Part shown: one piece after another, positions 39,277 to 48,634 of the stretch
Position numbering within the stretch: position 1 is the stretch's first letter
How the letters are laid out: every line of letters begins with the position of its first letter
Assembly: GCA_964230555.1 (NCBI GenBank)
Contig: CAXRIX010000080.1
Location: forward strand, 6,044 to 70,043
Reading direction: 5' to 3'
DNA: 64,000 nucleotides
Origin: Bdellovibrionales bacterium
GTDB taxonomy: Bacteria > Bdellovibrionota > Bdellovibrionia > Bdellovibrionales > JAGQZY01
The notes under the pieces: generated by a model
Told to the model about the DNA's origin: nothing
The model's database searches: none
Seen by the model: only the letters and a program-made list of their open reading frames with translations
Made by a program: the position numbers and the translations under genes

Positions 39277-40188
39277 TTACGGTGCGACTGCGGAAACATT
39301 CTCTAGGTAGTTTCTTAACTCTTCTATATCCACAGGACGACTGTCCAACGTCGTCGGTGCGGGAATGTGATTTTGGGGTGGAACAGATTGAACGGCATTG
39401 ATGGTAGCCTCTCCACCATGGCAACTTCCCATACAAGCTCTGTGCTCGGTCTGAACAATCGATTCCTTCAATGCAAAGGAGCAGAGTTCAATAACTTTTT
39501 CTTGTGCTAGCAATCGCTCTCGCGGCTCAGGAAAGGTCATTGATGAACCATTGATAGTATTCAAGACCATCTCTCTAGCGTCCACTATAGCTTCGTCCAC
39601 AATATTGGGATAAGCATCGGGTAAAATTTCGGCCAAAGTATAACTGCCAGCCAAACTGGAAACTGCACTTCTGGCTCCGCCAAGAATCCCATTTTCCGTA
39701 AGACGCGTAATTTGCTGAGGGATAACCCTATCAATGGTATTTCTAACCACCCAATTCCGGCCAGCACTTAATCTTTGACTGAGCCTGGAGACTCGGTTGG
39801 GTGTAATGGTTTGCAGCTGTTTCCTACTAAGCGCTGCTTTTCTAAAAATTATAAGAAACGCTAGTGTGTGCGCGACCCTCACACCGGTGTTTAAGAAATC
39901 AAAGTTCTGGCATCGGTCAAAAAAATCAACCCATTCCTGGCGTGATCCCTGAAAATAGTAAGGGTGAATGTCAGGATAACTTCTACAGTTTTGTTGATTG
40001 GTGTTTTGATTTGCTAAGAGGTCTCTGTTTTCCATTGTTCCACAAAATTGGAGACGTTCGGCTGAGATTCCATTCTCAACCTCCAATTCGTTACTAACTC
40101 TTATGGACTGATCCCAGCTCCAGAAAACATCCGCTGAAGCACTGGAGGCAAGAAACAGTCCAAAAAGAGTAACAATGAACATTTTCAT
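39277..40188 (-). CDS. secreted hypothetical protein with CxxxCH motif
   Basis: signal peptide ending ASA, QFC..NC pair, CMGSCH near the C-terminus. Confidence 0.75.
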   Translation of the reverse strand: MKMFIVTLFGLFLASSASADVFWSWDQSIRVSNELEVENGISAERLQFCGTMENRDLLANQNTNQQNCRSYPDIHPYYFQGSRQEWVDFFDRCQNFDFLNTGVRVAHTLAFLIIFRKAALSRKQLQTITPNRVSRLSQRLSAGRNWVVRNTIDRVIPQQITRLTENGILGGARSAVSSLAGSYTLAEILPDAYPNIVDEAIVDAREMVLNTINGSSMTFPEPRERLLAQEKVIELCSFALKESIVQTEHRACMGSCHGGEATINAVQSVPPQNHIPAPTTLDSRPVDIEELRNYLENVSAVAP

Positions 40189-40194
40189 TCTGTT

Positions 40195-40920
40195 TTACGG
40201 TGTGCTCTCTGTTGCAGCACTGGTTTCTGTAGACTCTTGTGCTTGTTGAGCTTCAATTTCCATAGCACAGGTCTGCCTTGTAACACTGGCCAGAAAACTA
40301 CTCGTAGCTTGAAGGTCGTCCACTTCAAAAAGGAGAGTGTCACCATGATTTCTACTTGCACCACTTGTTGTGTCAATAGTGGTTTCGCCGTGGCTTTCTA
40401 AATCCTCTCTGATTTGTTGGATCTGCGGCCCGGCAGTTAAATCGTATAATACAAACCCACCAACCGCTCCTCCAAAAGCGTTCTTTGCGGCATTACTAAT
40501 TATTCTGTTACAACCTCGACCTCTGGAACAGCCATAAATGTCGGTTATTAGGCCTAGACTTGCAAGTATACCGGCTCCCCACTGTGCACCTCTAAATCCA
40601 GAATCATCTCCGTACCTATCTATTCTTGATTGAATAGTCGCAGCTATTTTTTCTGAGGTGATTGTACAACGACTATCGCCAAAAGGTTGGCAATTGGTTC
40701 CGCCCCGTAAATCCTTGCGACAAAATTGATAAGTTTGTGACCCATCAGCATCGCTTTGAATGGTGATAAACGATGGATTTGTTTCAACATCGCCTTGGTA
40801 AATAATGGCGTCGGTTCCTGCTGGTGGCGCCAATTCGCTCACTAACTCCTGGTTAAATTGCACTTCTGCCCCGCCAACAGACGCAATGAAGGCTGTTGCG
40901 AGAATAAATAAACGTTTCAT
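40195..40920 (-). CDS. secreted hypothetical protein, probable distant paralog of 39277-40188
   Basis: AGGAG SD before MKRLF; QFC..NC pair; Gly-zipper-like hydrophobic segments. Confidence 0.75.
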   Translation of the reverse strand: MKRLFILATAFIASVGGAEVQFNQELVSELAPPAGTDAIIYQGDVETNPSFITIQSDADGSQTYQFCRKDLRGGTNCQPFGDSRCTITSEKIAATIQSRIDRYGDDSGFRGAQWGAGILASLGLITDIYGCSRGRGCNRIISNAAKNAFGGAVGGFVLYDLTAGPQIQQIREDLESHGETTIDTTSGASRNHGDTLLFEVDDLQATSSFLASVTRQTCAMEIEAQQAQESTETSAATESTP

Positions 40921-41218
40921 ATAATTCTCCTCTATGAGATTAGGTTTTGAACATTTAATTGCAAAAACCAATCCTAGGAAGGTCCCTGAATTGACTTAAG
41001 AAAGTCTAAATCAGAAGGTGGTTTCAAGAGCCAATGACAAATTTTGCGCTACATATGACAAAGAAATTCAATGTATTACTATGAAATATTGTTGGAAGGA
41101 AAACTGCCCGTTTCTTGCCTACACAAATGATAGAGCGAATGGAAACGACTGTGCTAATTTGTGCCGGGTCCTTTCTATGGGCTTTCTTATTAACCTTAGA
41201 TCTTGCCTGGGTTTGACA

Positions 41219-41863
41219 TCAAAATCTCAGAGCACCATCTAAACAAGCCTGTGAGAAATCGACCATATTTCGATACTCCTCCAAGCTGATCTTTTTATAA
41301 GTCGACTGGTACCCGTCGCTGTTGGAGTCGGCAGGCCTTTTTGCCCGCATGGTAAAAACTAAACCGTCCGGCTCTTTAAGGGTGATAAAAAGAGTGTTGT
41401 TACTAAGTCCATCAGCTTCAAATGGAGCGAGTGCAAATTTATCCTCTTCACTGGGATCAAGGGCTCCTTTCAAGGGGTCCGAATCCTCTATAATGTGCAG
41501 GGTCCCTTGATCGACAAAGCGTCCCGGGATGTTCGCAGCTGTTACCGAGTCGGGATGGGCCTGTGCCTGTTTTGCGTTTTTTTTGATAATAGTATCAAGA
41601 GCGAAAATGCTGCCGCCCGGCCAAATACTCATGATATTGAGGTTGATCGTCTCAGCTGAAAGAGACAAACCTTTTTCTTCAAGAATTAAAGTACAAGAGT
41701 TTTTTTCAATGGCATTGTTCAAAATTTCTAATTCATGCCGAGCCATCCAATAACCATTAAATGTCGCCTTAACTTCATCATCAGATTTTGGTTTAGCACA
41801 CGCAGAAGCCAGAAGACCGATTAAGAAAAATTTCATAAAATAGAGATAATTTTTCTGATCCAT
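41219..41863 (-). CDS. hypothetical lipoprotein
   Basis: lipobox LLASAC; ends DFSQACLDGALRF; start may be the second Met (MKFFLIG). Confidence 0.7.
   Translation of the reverse strand: MDQKNYLYFMKFFLIGLLASACAKPKSDDEVKATFNGYWMARHELEILNNAIEKNSCTLILEEKGLSLSAETINLNIMSIWPGGSIFALDTIIKKNAKQAQAHPDSVTAANIPGRFVDQGTLHIIEDSDPLKGALDPSEEDKFALAPFEADGLSNNTLFITLKEPDGLVFTMRAKRPADSNSDGYQSTYKKISLEEYRNMVDFSQACLDGALRF
41234..41259 (+). repeat. 26-bp direct repeat, copy 2
   Basis: accatctaaacaagcctgtgagaaat within the 3' end of the lipoprotein gene. Confidence 0.8.
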
Positions 41864-42033
41864 CGCGGCCTCTTTTCGTTCTCTGGTGAAACGTTTATGA
41901 CAAATTACTTCTCTGTCTTAGCTGTATTAATTTCCTATCAGGATAACCATCTCGATCGACCTGAGCGGTCAGATCCTGTGTATGAAAGGAAAATAAGGAC
42001 ACTGAATGCCCGAGGTTCATCTCGTGCAAATAA

Positions 42034-42885
42034 TTAGAACTGACGATTCCTGGGTGATTGAATCAGGGGGAGAAGAAACACGGCGGCACATGCCATTTGC
42101 GAATAGAAAGTCCAATGCCCTCCCAAAATTAAAGAAACTCCTATATGAAAACCGAGCCAATTGAAGAACATGAAATAGCCAAATATATTTTTTAAAAGAG
42201 CCAGAGGCGCCATGAGTTCACAAACGAATAGAGAATAGAATGCGATAAAATAGATCACTGGCATTGAAAGACCAAGAAACCACCCCGACCAAGCCCCATG
42301 AAAGGGAGAGGTAAAAACTATCAACCACAGGTTTTCTGAAAAAGCCCACTCCCAGCCCGATTGATAGAGTTTTTCTAGTCCTACAATCAAATACACGTAA
42401 ACAACATAGTATTTAGAAAGTTGAAGGGGCCAGTAATAGTGCCAAAGTTCAGTTTCGCTATGAACTTTGTTAGGTGTGAAAGCGTCGCCGGCTTTCGAGA
42501 TTCCTAGAATTAAAAGTATCATCGCGATCATATGAGTGCCGTGATAGACCTCAGAAAAATTATACTGATAACCCAAAACGAAAACGGCAGAAAAGGCTGC
42601 AATTTTGCCAGTGAAACGATAAGCCACACCGACTGCCGCTAAAACAGAGGCTATTACGCTACATCCGAAAACCGTATAGAACAGAGACTGAGAGCAAGGA
42701 ATCGACAATAAGTCGTAAAAGCTGATCGGTGAAAATTTCCGACAGATCACCTCACTCGCCATTAGCGATTGTTGGCTGATGGCCAATACGACATAGCTCA
42801 AAAAGACAATCGAACGATAAACACCAAGCGCATAGGGGTCGCCATCTTGAAACCAAAGTCGATTCCAAAGCTTAATGATTTTCAT
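42034..42885 (-). CDS. HTTM-domain polytopic membrane protein (vitamin K-dependent carboxylase/SdpB-like TM domain)
   Basis: WNRLWF..LGVYR, YH, WPLQL..Y...G.EKL...W, E..APLAL, GFHIG pattern; many TM helices. Confidence 0.7.
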   Translation of the reverse strand: MKIIKLWNRLWFQDGDPYALGVYRSIVFLSYVVLAISQQSLMASEVICRKFSPISFYDLLSIPCSQSLFYTVFGCSVIASVLAAVGVAYRFTGKIAAFSAVFVLGYQYNFSEVYHGTHMIAMILLILGISKAGDAFTPNKVHSETELWHYYWPLQLSKYYVVYVYLIVGLEKLYQSGWEWAFSENLWLIVFTSPFHGAWSGWFLGLSMPVIYFIAFYSLFVCELMAPLALLKNIFGYFMFFNWLGFHIGVSLILGGHWTFYSQMACAAVFLLPLIQSPRNRQF

Positions 42886-43373
42886 GGAACCACAACCTCT
42901 TCATCAAAAATCACTTTAGTTTGCGAAGGCGTGTTCCTTCGTTCATAGTTTAATTGCTCCCAGTAAGAATAAATCAATTGCACCCTTACCGGCTGGCCAG
43001 ACGGAACCTGACAAAACTTTAAAATTCGAGGCACTAAAATCTCGCGAAATTCTTTTTTTTCAGAGGATTCAACGGCCTCGATGGGAATTGCTTGCCGCTT
43101 AAAGGTCCTATTCTTATTCTTAACTTCAGAAAGAAATATCTTACGCAATCGGTTTCGAAGAGTCATTTTCAATTCATTTTTTCCAAGACAGATGTCGTTG
43201 TTGTCTTTGGTGACTTCGATAGAAAAGCTGTTATATTCCTTGTTAGTCATACTTCGACTGTACATTCCAAAGAACGAAAACGGGAACGACTCTCCCCAAG
43301 TTGGGACCTGCACAAAGCAAACAGCCCAAAATAAAGCTATACCCCATGAATAGAATGCCTTTGAAGTCATCAA
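42882..43373 (-). CDS. HTTM-associated partner protein (single N-terminal anchor)
   Basis: FPFSFFGMYS motif after the TM helix; translationally coupled to the HTTM gene. Confidence 0.6.
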   Translation of the reverse strand: MMTSKAFYSWGIALFWAVCFVQVPTWGESFPFSFFGMYSRSMTNKEYNSFSIEVTKDNNDICLGKNELKMTLRNRLRKIFLSEVKNKNRTFKRQAIPIEAVESSEKKEFREILVPRILKFCQVPSGQPVRVQLIYSYWEQLNYERRNTPSQTKVIFDEEVVVP

Positions 43374-43406
43374 ACACCCTTCTAAAAAGCGCTACGACAG
43401 TCGCGT

Positions 43407-44588
43407 TTAAGACTCTCCAGAAAAAGAACTTACAAACACATCGAGATCAGGAAGAGCTTTTTTATAACTAACATTCCTGATTGCATCCAATTGATCTAAA
43501 TAGGCCCCCAATTGAGGGTCGTACTGGTTGCTCTGCAATTGCATAATCCAATTTATAATTTTTTTTTGGTTTTCTGATCGATTCTCAAAGTCAGGAAATC
43601 TTTTTTCAATGTAATTTTGTGGAATTTTTCTAACCGACAAAAAATCCGGATCGATTAAAGGATTAAATATAAGTTGCTTTAGAAACTCGGCGCCAAATTT
43701 TTCTTGCTTGTTTAAAAACCAACTTTCAAGATCATCCATAGACCAAATATTTAAAATTGATATAGTCGTTGCAATACGAAATACAAAGTTCGGGCTGTTC
43801 TGAGCACTCGTTAAAAAATCGTTAAGAGTTGTGTCGACTTTTTTCCATTGCGAAGGAAACCGGATATAGTTATTTACTTCGCCGACTCCATCAATTGAAA
43901 AATAGATTTCAACTTCTCTGAACTTTTGCCACAACGAAAACACCTCTTGACTCGGCAAAACAGTGCCGTTGGTAAAATAAACCAGCTTCATGTCTGCAGC
44001 ATCCATTTCTACCAAGGCCTTTAAAAGGGGCGTGTGTTGTGGATCCAAAAGAGGCTCTCCGCCCACTAACTTAATTTCTTTTAATCCTGTCAAATCTTTG
44101 ATGATATTTATCACTGGTTTTGTTTCGACTCTTTTATCTAAGGCCCACCCCAAGGCGCGGTAGTCCTCGCGCCATTTTGTGCTAAGCTGTGGCCGACAAG
44201 TCACACATTTTAGATTACAAATATCGCCAAGAAACAACTCAACGAATTCAATCGCCGACGCCGAGGTGGTTTCTGTGTGAAATGTTGTTTGGTATTTTTC
44301 ATTGGTTACTGTCCGCAAGCTTTCGGCACCCGCCGCTTCTTGTTGATAACATTTTGAACAACCGTTTATTTTTTCACCTTGCAAAACTTTTGCTCGAATA
44401 TCGCGATACATGTCGGAGTTCAAAACTTCATCGAGATTTGTTCCCAACTGCATTGGCCAATGCTCTTTCATATCAAATCGACAACAAGGCTTAACCAAAT
44501 TATCGGGTCGAACGCATATATGATTCCAAAAATAGGAACAATAGGTGGGAGATTTTTTTAGATCTTTTATTGGTGCGGCTTCGCTCAT
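43407..44588 (-). CDS. radical SAM protein with N-terminal twitch/SPASM-like auxiliary Cys cluster
   Basis: YCSYFW..PCC..CSKC, then CNLKCVTC and GGEPL. Confidence 0.88.
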   Translation of the reverse strand: MSEAAPIKDLKKSPTYCSYFWNHICVRPDNLVKPCCRFDMKEHWPMQLGTNLDEVLNSDMYRDIRAKVLQGEKINGCSKCYQQEAAGAESLRTVTNEKYQTTFHTETTSASAIEFVELFLGDICNLKCVTCRPQLSTKWREDYRALGWALDKRVETKPVINIIKDLTGLKEIKLVGGEPLLDPQHTPLLKALVEMDAADMKLVYFTNGTVLPSQEVFSLWQKFREVEIYFSIDGVGEVNNYIRFPSQWKKVDTTLNDFLTSAQNSPNFVFRIATTISILNIWSMDDLESWFLNKQEKFGAEFLKQLIFNPLIDPDFLSVRKIPQNYIEKRFPDFENRSENQKKIINWIMQLQSNQYDPQLGAYLDQLDAIRNVSYKKALPDLDVFVSSFSGES

Positions 44589-44743
44589 AATTTAAATCAA
44601 ACGATAAATACTTTACCTTAAGCTTGCAAGGAAGGATTGATTTATTATGTAACATCTATGGCGCAGACTCAAATTCAACAGGATTGCATTATCTTAAGCC
44701 GTCAGACATAATTTTTCCTTAGTCTTTACACGAAGGATTCAAT

Positions 44744-45316
44744 ATGAATGAGGCGTATCAACACGAACCCGTTTATATGATAATGGCCCTCCTTGGGACC
44801 ACTCTTTTTATCATAAAGATGCTCATGCTGCTGCTAGGTGGAGACACTGACTCTGATTTGGATGGCGCCGATCTTGATGACCCAGCCCATGTCGACGGCT
44901 CTGAAAGCTTCACTCTCATTTCTATCCAATACATACTAGCTCTATTTATGGGAACCGGCTGGATCGGTCTGGCCTGTCGGGAAGAGTGGGGTCTATCGCA
45001 AATACCTTCATTTTTTATCGCTGTCGGGTTTGGCTTTTTGATGATGCTTTTAACATCGTTTTTGAATTTTAAGATTAAAGGTCTCAACTCAGTCCCCAAC
45101 AACAACGTCGATGAGCGGGCGATTGGACTGACCGGCCGAGCTTACACGGACATTCCTAAAAGCGGAGCTGGAACAGGTCAAATTGAAATAACGGTTCATG
45201 GAAAGATGCAAATCCTCCAGGCCACAACCAATAGTGAAGAAAAAATTAAAGCTTTTTCTGCTGTAAAAGTCACTCGGGTGGATAGCTCGGGCAATGTCAC
45301 AGTCGAACCCATCTAA
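44744..45316 (+). CDS. NfeD-like membrane protein
   Basis: TM helices followed by an OB-like C-terminus (IGLTGRAY..IP..GQIEI); directly upstream of flotillin. Confidence 0.8.
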   Translation: MNEAYQHEPVYMIMALLGTTLFIIKMLMLLLGGDTDSDLDGADLDDPAHVDGSESFTLISIQYILALFMGTGWIGLACREEWGLSQIPSFFIAVGFGFLMMLLTSFLNFKIKGLNSVPNNNVDERAIGLTGRAYTDIPKSGAGTGQIEITVHGKMQILQATTNSEEKIKAFSAVKVTRVDSSGNVTVEPI

Positions 45317-45332
45317 GAGATTTGGAGGAAGT

Positions 45333-46919
45333 ATGTTATCTTTTGGAACCATAGGAACAGTTGGCGTAATAGCTCTGATTCTCTTTTTTGTGGCTATTTA
45401 CGTGGCTCAACAATATAAACGCTGTCCTTCAAACCGTATCCTGGTTATTTATGGTAAGGTGGCTGGTGCCAAATCGGCTCAGTGTATTCATGGCGGTGGA
45501 AAACTGGTTATTCCCCTTATCCAAGATTACACTTACCTCTCCCTTGAACCAATAACCATTGAAATTGACCTGCGAGGAGCCCTTTCAAAAAAGAATATTC
45601 GCGTCAATGTTCCTTCGACCTTCACCGTGGGTATTTCGACCAAGCCGAATATCATGACCAATGCCGCCGAAAGATTGCTTGGACTGAATCGTGCCGATGT
45701 TAGCAATCAGGCACAAGATATTATCCTCGGTCAGATGCGCTTGGTTATTGCCACCCTCGCTATTGAAGAGATCAACCAAGATCGCGAAAAGTTTCTGGAT
45801 CTCGTCAACACCAACGTAAATCTGGAACTGAATAAAATTGGTTTGGATGTGATCAACGTTAACATTCGGGATATCACCGATGAATCCGGATACATCGAGG
45901 CGATTGGTAAGAAAGCCGCCGCCGAAGCCATCAACAAAGCACGTGTGGAAGTTGCTATTCAAGACAAAGATGGTGCCGTTGGTGAGGCCACAGCCTTTAG
46001 AGAACGTGAAGTCCAAGTCGCTGAGCAGTCCTCCGAATCGGCTATTGGTCAGAAGCAAGCCGATCGAAACATGAGAATTCAAACTTCAAAATTTGAAGCT
46101 GAAGGGATCGCCGGAGAAGCCGCGGCGATGCGAGAACAAGAAGTCGCCAAAGCCCAGGAAATGGCCCGAACGGAACAAGGACAGAAAGAAGCAGAAAAAG
46201 AAAAGCGTGTTTTCGTCGCCAACCAGGAAGCTGAGTCCGTTAAAGGAGAAAACGAATCTAAAGCTTCCATTGCCGAGTATGATGCTACTCTTAATGAAAA
46301 ACGAGCTGAAGCCAAACGCCGTGGTGAAGTCGCCTTGGCCAACGCCGAAAAAATTGTTCTTGAAGCTCAGAAACTGGAAGAAATTGCACGGCTTGAGAAA
46401 ACAGAACTGGCTCAAAAAGAAATCGACAAACGTGCCATCGAAATTGAGGCCGAAGCTGAAGCGGAAAGAAGACGTCGAATTGCTCGTGGTGAGGCTGATG
46501 CCATTCTGGCAAGATACGAGGCCGAAGCCGCTGGTACAAGAAAGGTCCTTGATGCAAAGGCTGAAGGTTATCGTAACTTGTTGGCCGCTGTCGATGATGA
46601 GAAGGCTCTAGCCCCAACTCTTCTTCTGGTAGAACAGCTACCAACGTTGGTAGACGCTCAAGTTCGTGCCATTCAGAATTTAAAAATAGATAAAGTCACG
46701 GTTTGGGACTCCGGAGAGAATTCGGCCACTGGCCAATCGACAACATCCGGCTTTCTGCGTAGCTTGATAGGATCTCTCCCACCATTGCACGACTTAGCTA
46801 AACAAGCTGGTGTTGATCTACCAGAATTTTTAGGTGAGGTTGATCATTCAACAAAATCACGGGCCAATGGAGCCGCCAAGACACCACCTGAAACTCCACC
46901 CGCCCCTATGGATGCTTAA
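45333..46919 (+). CDS. flotillin-like SPFH-domain protein
   Basis: N-terminal TM, YKRCP..ILVIYG, AAERLLGL, EEINQDR, EA-rich flotillin repeats; GGAGG SD. Confidence 0.92.
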   Translation: MLSFGTIGTVGVIALILFFVAIYVAQQYKRCPSNRILVIYGKVAGAKSAQCIHGGGKLVIPLIQDYTYLSLEPITIEIDLRGALSKKNIRVNVPSTFTVGISTKPNIMTNAAERLLGLNRADVSNQAQDIILGQMRLVIATLAIEEINQDREKFLDLVNTNVNLELNKIGLDVINVNIRDITDESGYIEAIGKKAAAEAINKARVEVAIQDKDGAVGEATAFREREVQVAEQSSESAIGQKQADRNMRIQTSKFEAEGIAGEAAAMREQEVAKAQEMARTEQGQKEAEKEKRVFVANQEAESVKGENESKASIAEYDATLNEKRAEAKRRGEVALANAEKIVLEAQKLEEIARLEKTELAQKEIDKRAIEIEAEAEAERRRRIARGEADAILARYEAEAAGTRKVLDAKAEGYRNLLAAVDDEKALAPTLLLVEQLPTLVDAQVRAIQNLKIDKVTVWDSGENSATGQSTTSGFLRSLIGSLPPLHDLAKQAGVDLPEFLGEVDHSTKSRANGAAKTPPETPPAPMDA

Positions 46920-46921
46920 AC

Positions 46922-47368
46922 TTATAGGTTTGATAAATCAAATTTCTCAGAGGCAATCAATTGTCGCGATTGCCCCTCTGGCGCAACTTTGACTTCTACG
47001 GTTAAAGCTGAATGATCGTTTGGGGTTTCACAAGACGAAATCTGAATATGATTACTGCTTCTATTGACTGTCTCCAGGGTACGAGGGCAAACTCGCTTAC
47101 CCTTGCTGTCCAGTATATCAATCTCAATATCGATATTTGAATCTTCATTATCGGCATCGACAACAGAAGCTATGAATTGATAGTTCCAAACTCCGTCCAC
47201 TTCCTTCTTTTCTACAATTTGCACATTGTGATAGTAAGCGGCTTTGCGAGTGAATGGAAAAATACTCGATACATTAATGGTTTGTTCAATATCTCGAAGA
47301 TGATGAGAGCCACAGTTATTAAACGACACAATGACAAGACAAAAAATCAGCATTTTAATAACTCTCAT
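46922..47368 (-). CDS. hypothetical lipoprotein-like protein
   Basis: signal ending FNNCG; AGGAG SD. Confidence 0.7.
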   Translation of the reverse strand: MRVIKMLIFCLVIVSFNNCGSHHLRDIEQTINVSSIFPFTRKAAYYHNVQIVEKKEVDGVWNYQFIASVVDADNEDSNIDIEIDILDSKGKRVCPRTLETVNRSSNHIQISSCETPNDHSALTVEVKVAPEGQSRQLIASEKFDLSNL

Positions 47369-47369
47369 T

Positions 47370-47921
47370 TTAAAGCTCCTCATTAATATATTTGACTAGC
47401 GCATTGATCTTCTCGTCATCGCCATTTAACAAGCGATCCAATCCGCTCTCCTTCATTGGCGAGGTTCCAAGGGCTTGTCTCAATGAATCGGCAGTTTGTC
47501 CTTTAGCAATTGGTTCCGTTCGATGACAACTAATACAGTTGTCACGAAAGAGACGAGAGCCCAAGCTTTCTGAGTCATCGATAATAATCTCGGGCTCAAT
47601 CAGTGAAACTTTTTTCACCGGAATATCTTTTGCCGATAGTAAAACCCCATTTTTTAGACGAACAATAAGGTCGACCTCAGTTCTGGAGGTGCAATAGACA
47701 TGAAAAATCTCTGGTCTGTTGTTATCTATGATGGTTTCGCACGGCCCATAGGCAAACGCCGTCGCAACAGCCTGAGGCTCGTCCGAACCATTATAAACTT
47801 TAAACGGCAGAAATCGGCCGGTGACCAAGGCTCCTGAGCTATACAAAGAAACCGCTCTATAAGTTTCAGCAAAACAAGGAACGACAAAACAAAATATCAA
47901 AACCGCCAAAAGAGATTTCAT
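47370..47921 (-). CDS. secreted protein with C-terminal monoheme cytochrome c domain
   Basis: signal peptide; GSRLFRDNCISCH, distal Met (SPM), INALVKYI. Confidence 0.82.
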   Translation of the reverse strand: MKSLLAVLIFCFVVPCFAETYRAVSLYSSGALVTGRFLPFKVYNGSDEPQAVATAFAYGPCETIIDNNRPEIFHVYCTSRTEVDLIVRLKNGVLLSAKDIPVKKVSLIEPEIIIDDSESLGSRLFRDNCISCHRTEPIAKGQTADSLRQALGTSPMKESGLDRLLNGDDEKINALVKYINEEL

Positions 47922-48634
47922 CACATCACCTGCCAATGAGGACTCATACAAACACTTAGAATCAATTTTTCCCAGGCCAACCGAGGGTCGGCTTCGTTTT
48001 GAACAACAAGATCAAAGCTATCAAAGAGGTTTTCTTTAGGCAGGGGACGCCCTCTAAAAAACAATTGATAAAGACGTTGGTAGTTCTTCAGCTCAGCTTT
48101 TGGAGGATTTGCCAGAGTCGCACTACTTTGAATTCTCTTAAAAGCATGCGCCAAAGACGCGTCTTGATCGACACCCTTTTGACAAGCACTCATGCGCCGC
48201 GCCTCACGTGGAGAGCTCACACCAATAACTGGCTTTGTCGACATATCCATAGAACCATTGCGACATTTATAGAATGGGTTACTTTTATTGTTACAGTCGG
48301 ATTGTGATAAATGAATATTTTGATAGAGTCCAAAGGCGCTACCAAAGTCTTCAGAGACCCAAGCGATATCGCGAATAAGCTCTGTTTGTAAGCTTGGACC
48401 AAACAAATCTCTAAGAAGATTATAAGTGACATGTCGGTTGTAGTACAAAGGCACCACCGACGCTTCACTGCTGGCCTTGAATTGGGTGGTGTGCTCATCA
48501 CCCAAGTCCAATTCGCCAACCTGAGTGGCGGTCGAATGCACGGCTGATTGATTCGCTCGCAACATATCCTGACCACAGCCATTGTAGATCAATACTGAGA
48601 GAAGAACGAGACATAGACACTTTAACTTAAACAT
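47921..48634 (-). CDS. hypothetical Cys-containing lipoprotein
   Basis: signal ending YNGCG; GGAGG SD; C-terminal CMSPHWQ. Confidence 0.75.
   Translation of the reverse strand: MFKLKCLCLVLLSVLIYNGCGQDMLRANQSAVHSTATQVGELDLGDEHTTQFKASSEASVVPLYYNRHVTYNLLRDLFGPSLQTELIRDIAWVSEDFGSAFGLYQNIHLSQSDCNNKSNPFYKCRNGSMDMSTKPVIGVSSPREARRMSACQKGVDQDASLAHAFKRIQSSATLANPPKAELKNYQRLYQLFFRGRPLPKENLFDSFDLVVQNEADPRLAWEKLILSVCMSPHWQVM

Noticed and set aside
41018-41242. 74-aa Cys-rich ORF as a possible radical SAM (ranthipeptide-like) precursor
   Set aside because: Opposite strand to all neighbours, no clear SD, overlaps the promoter region and a gene end; Cys spacing matches no precursor I recognise.
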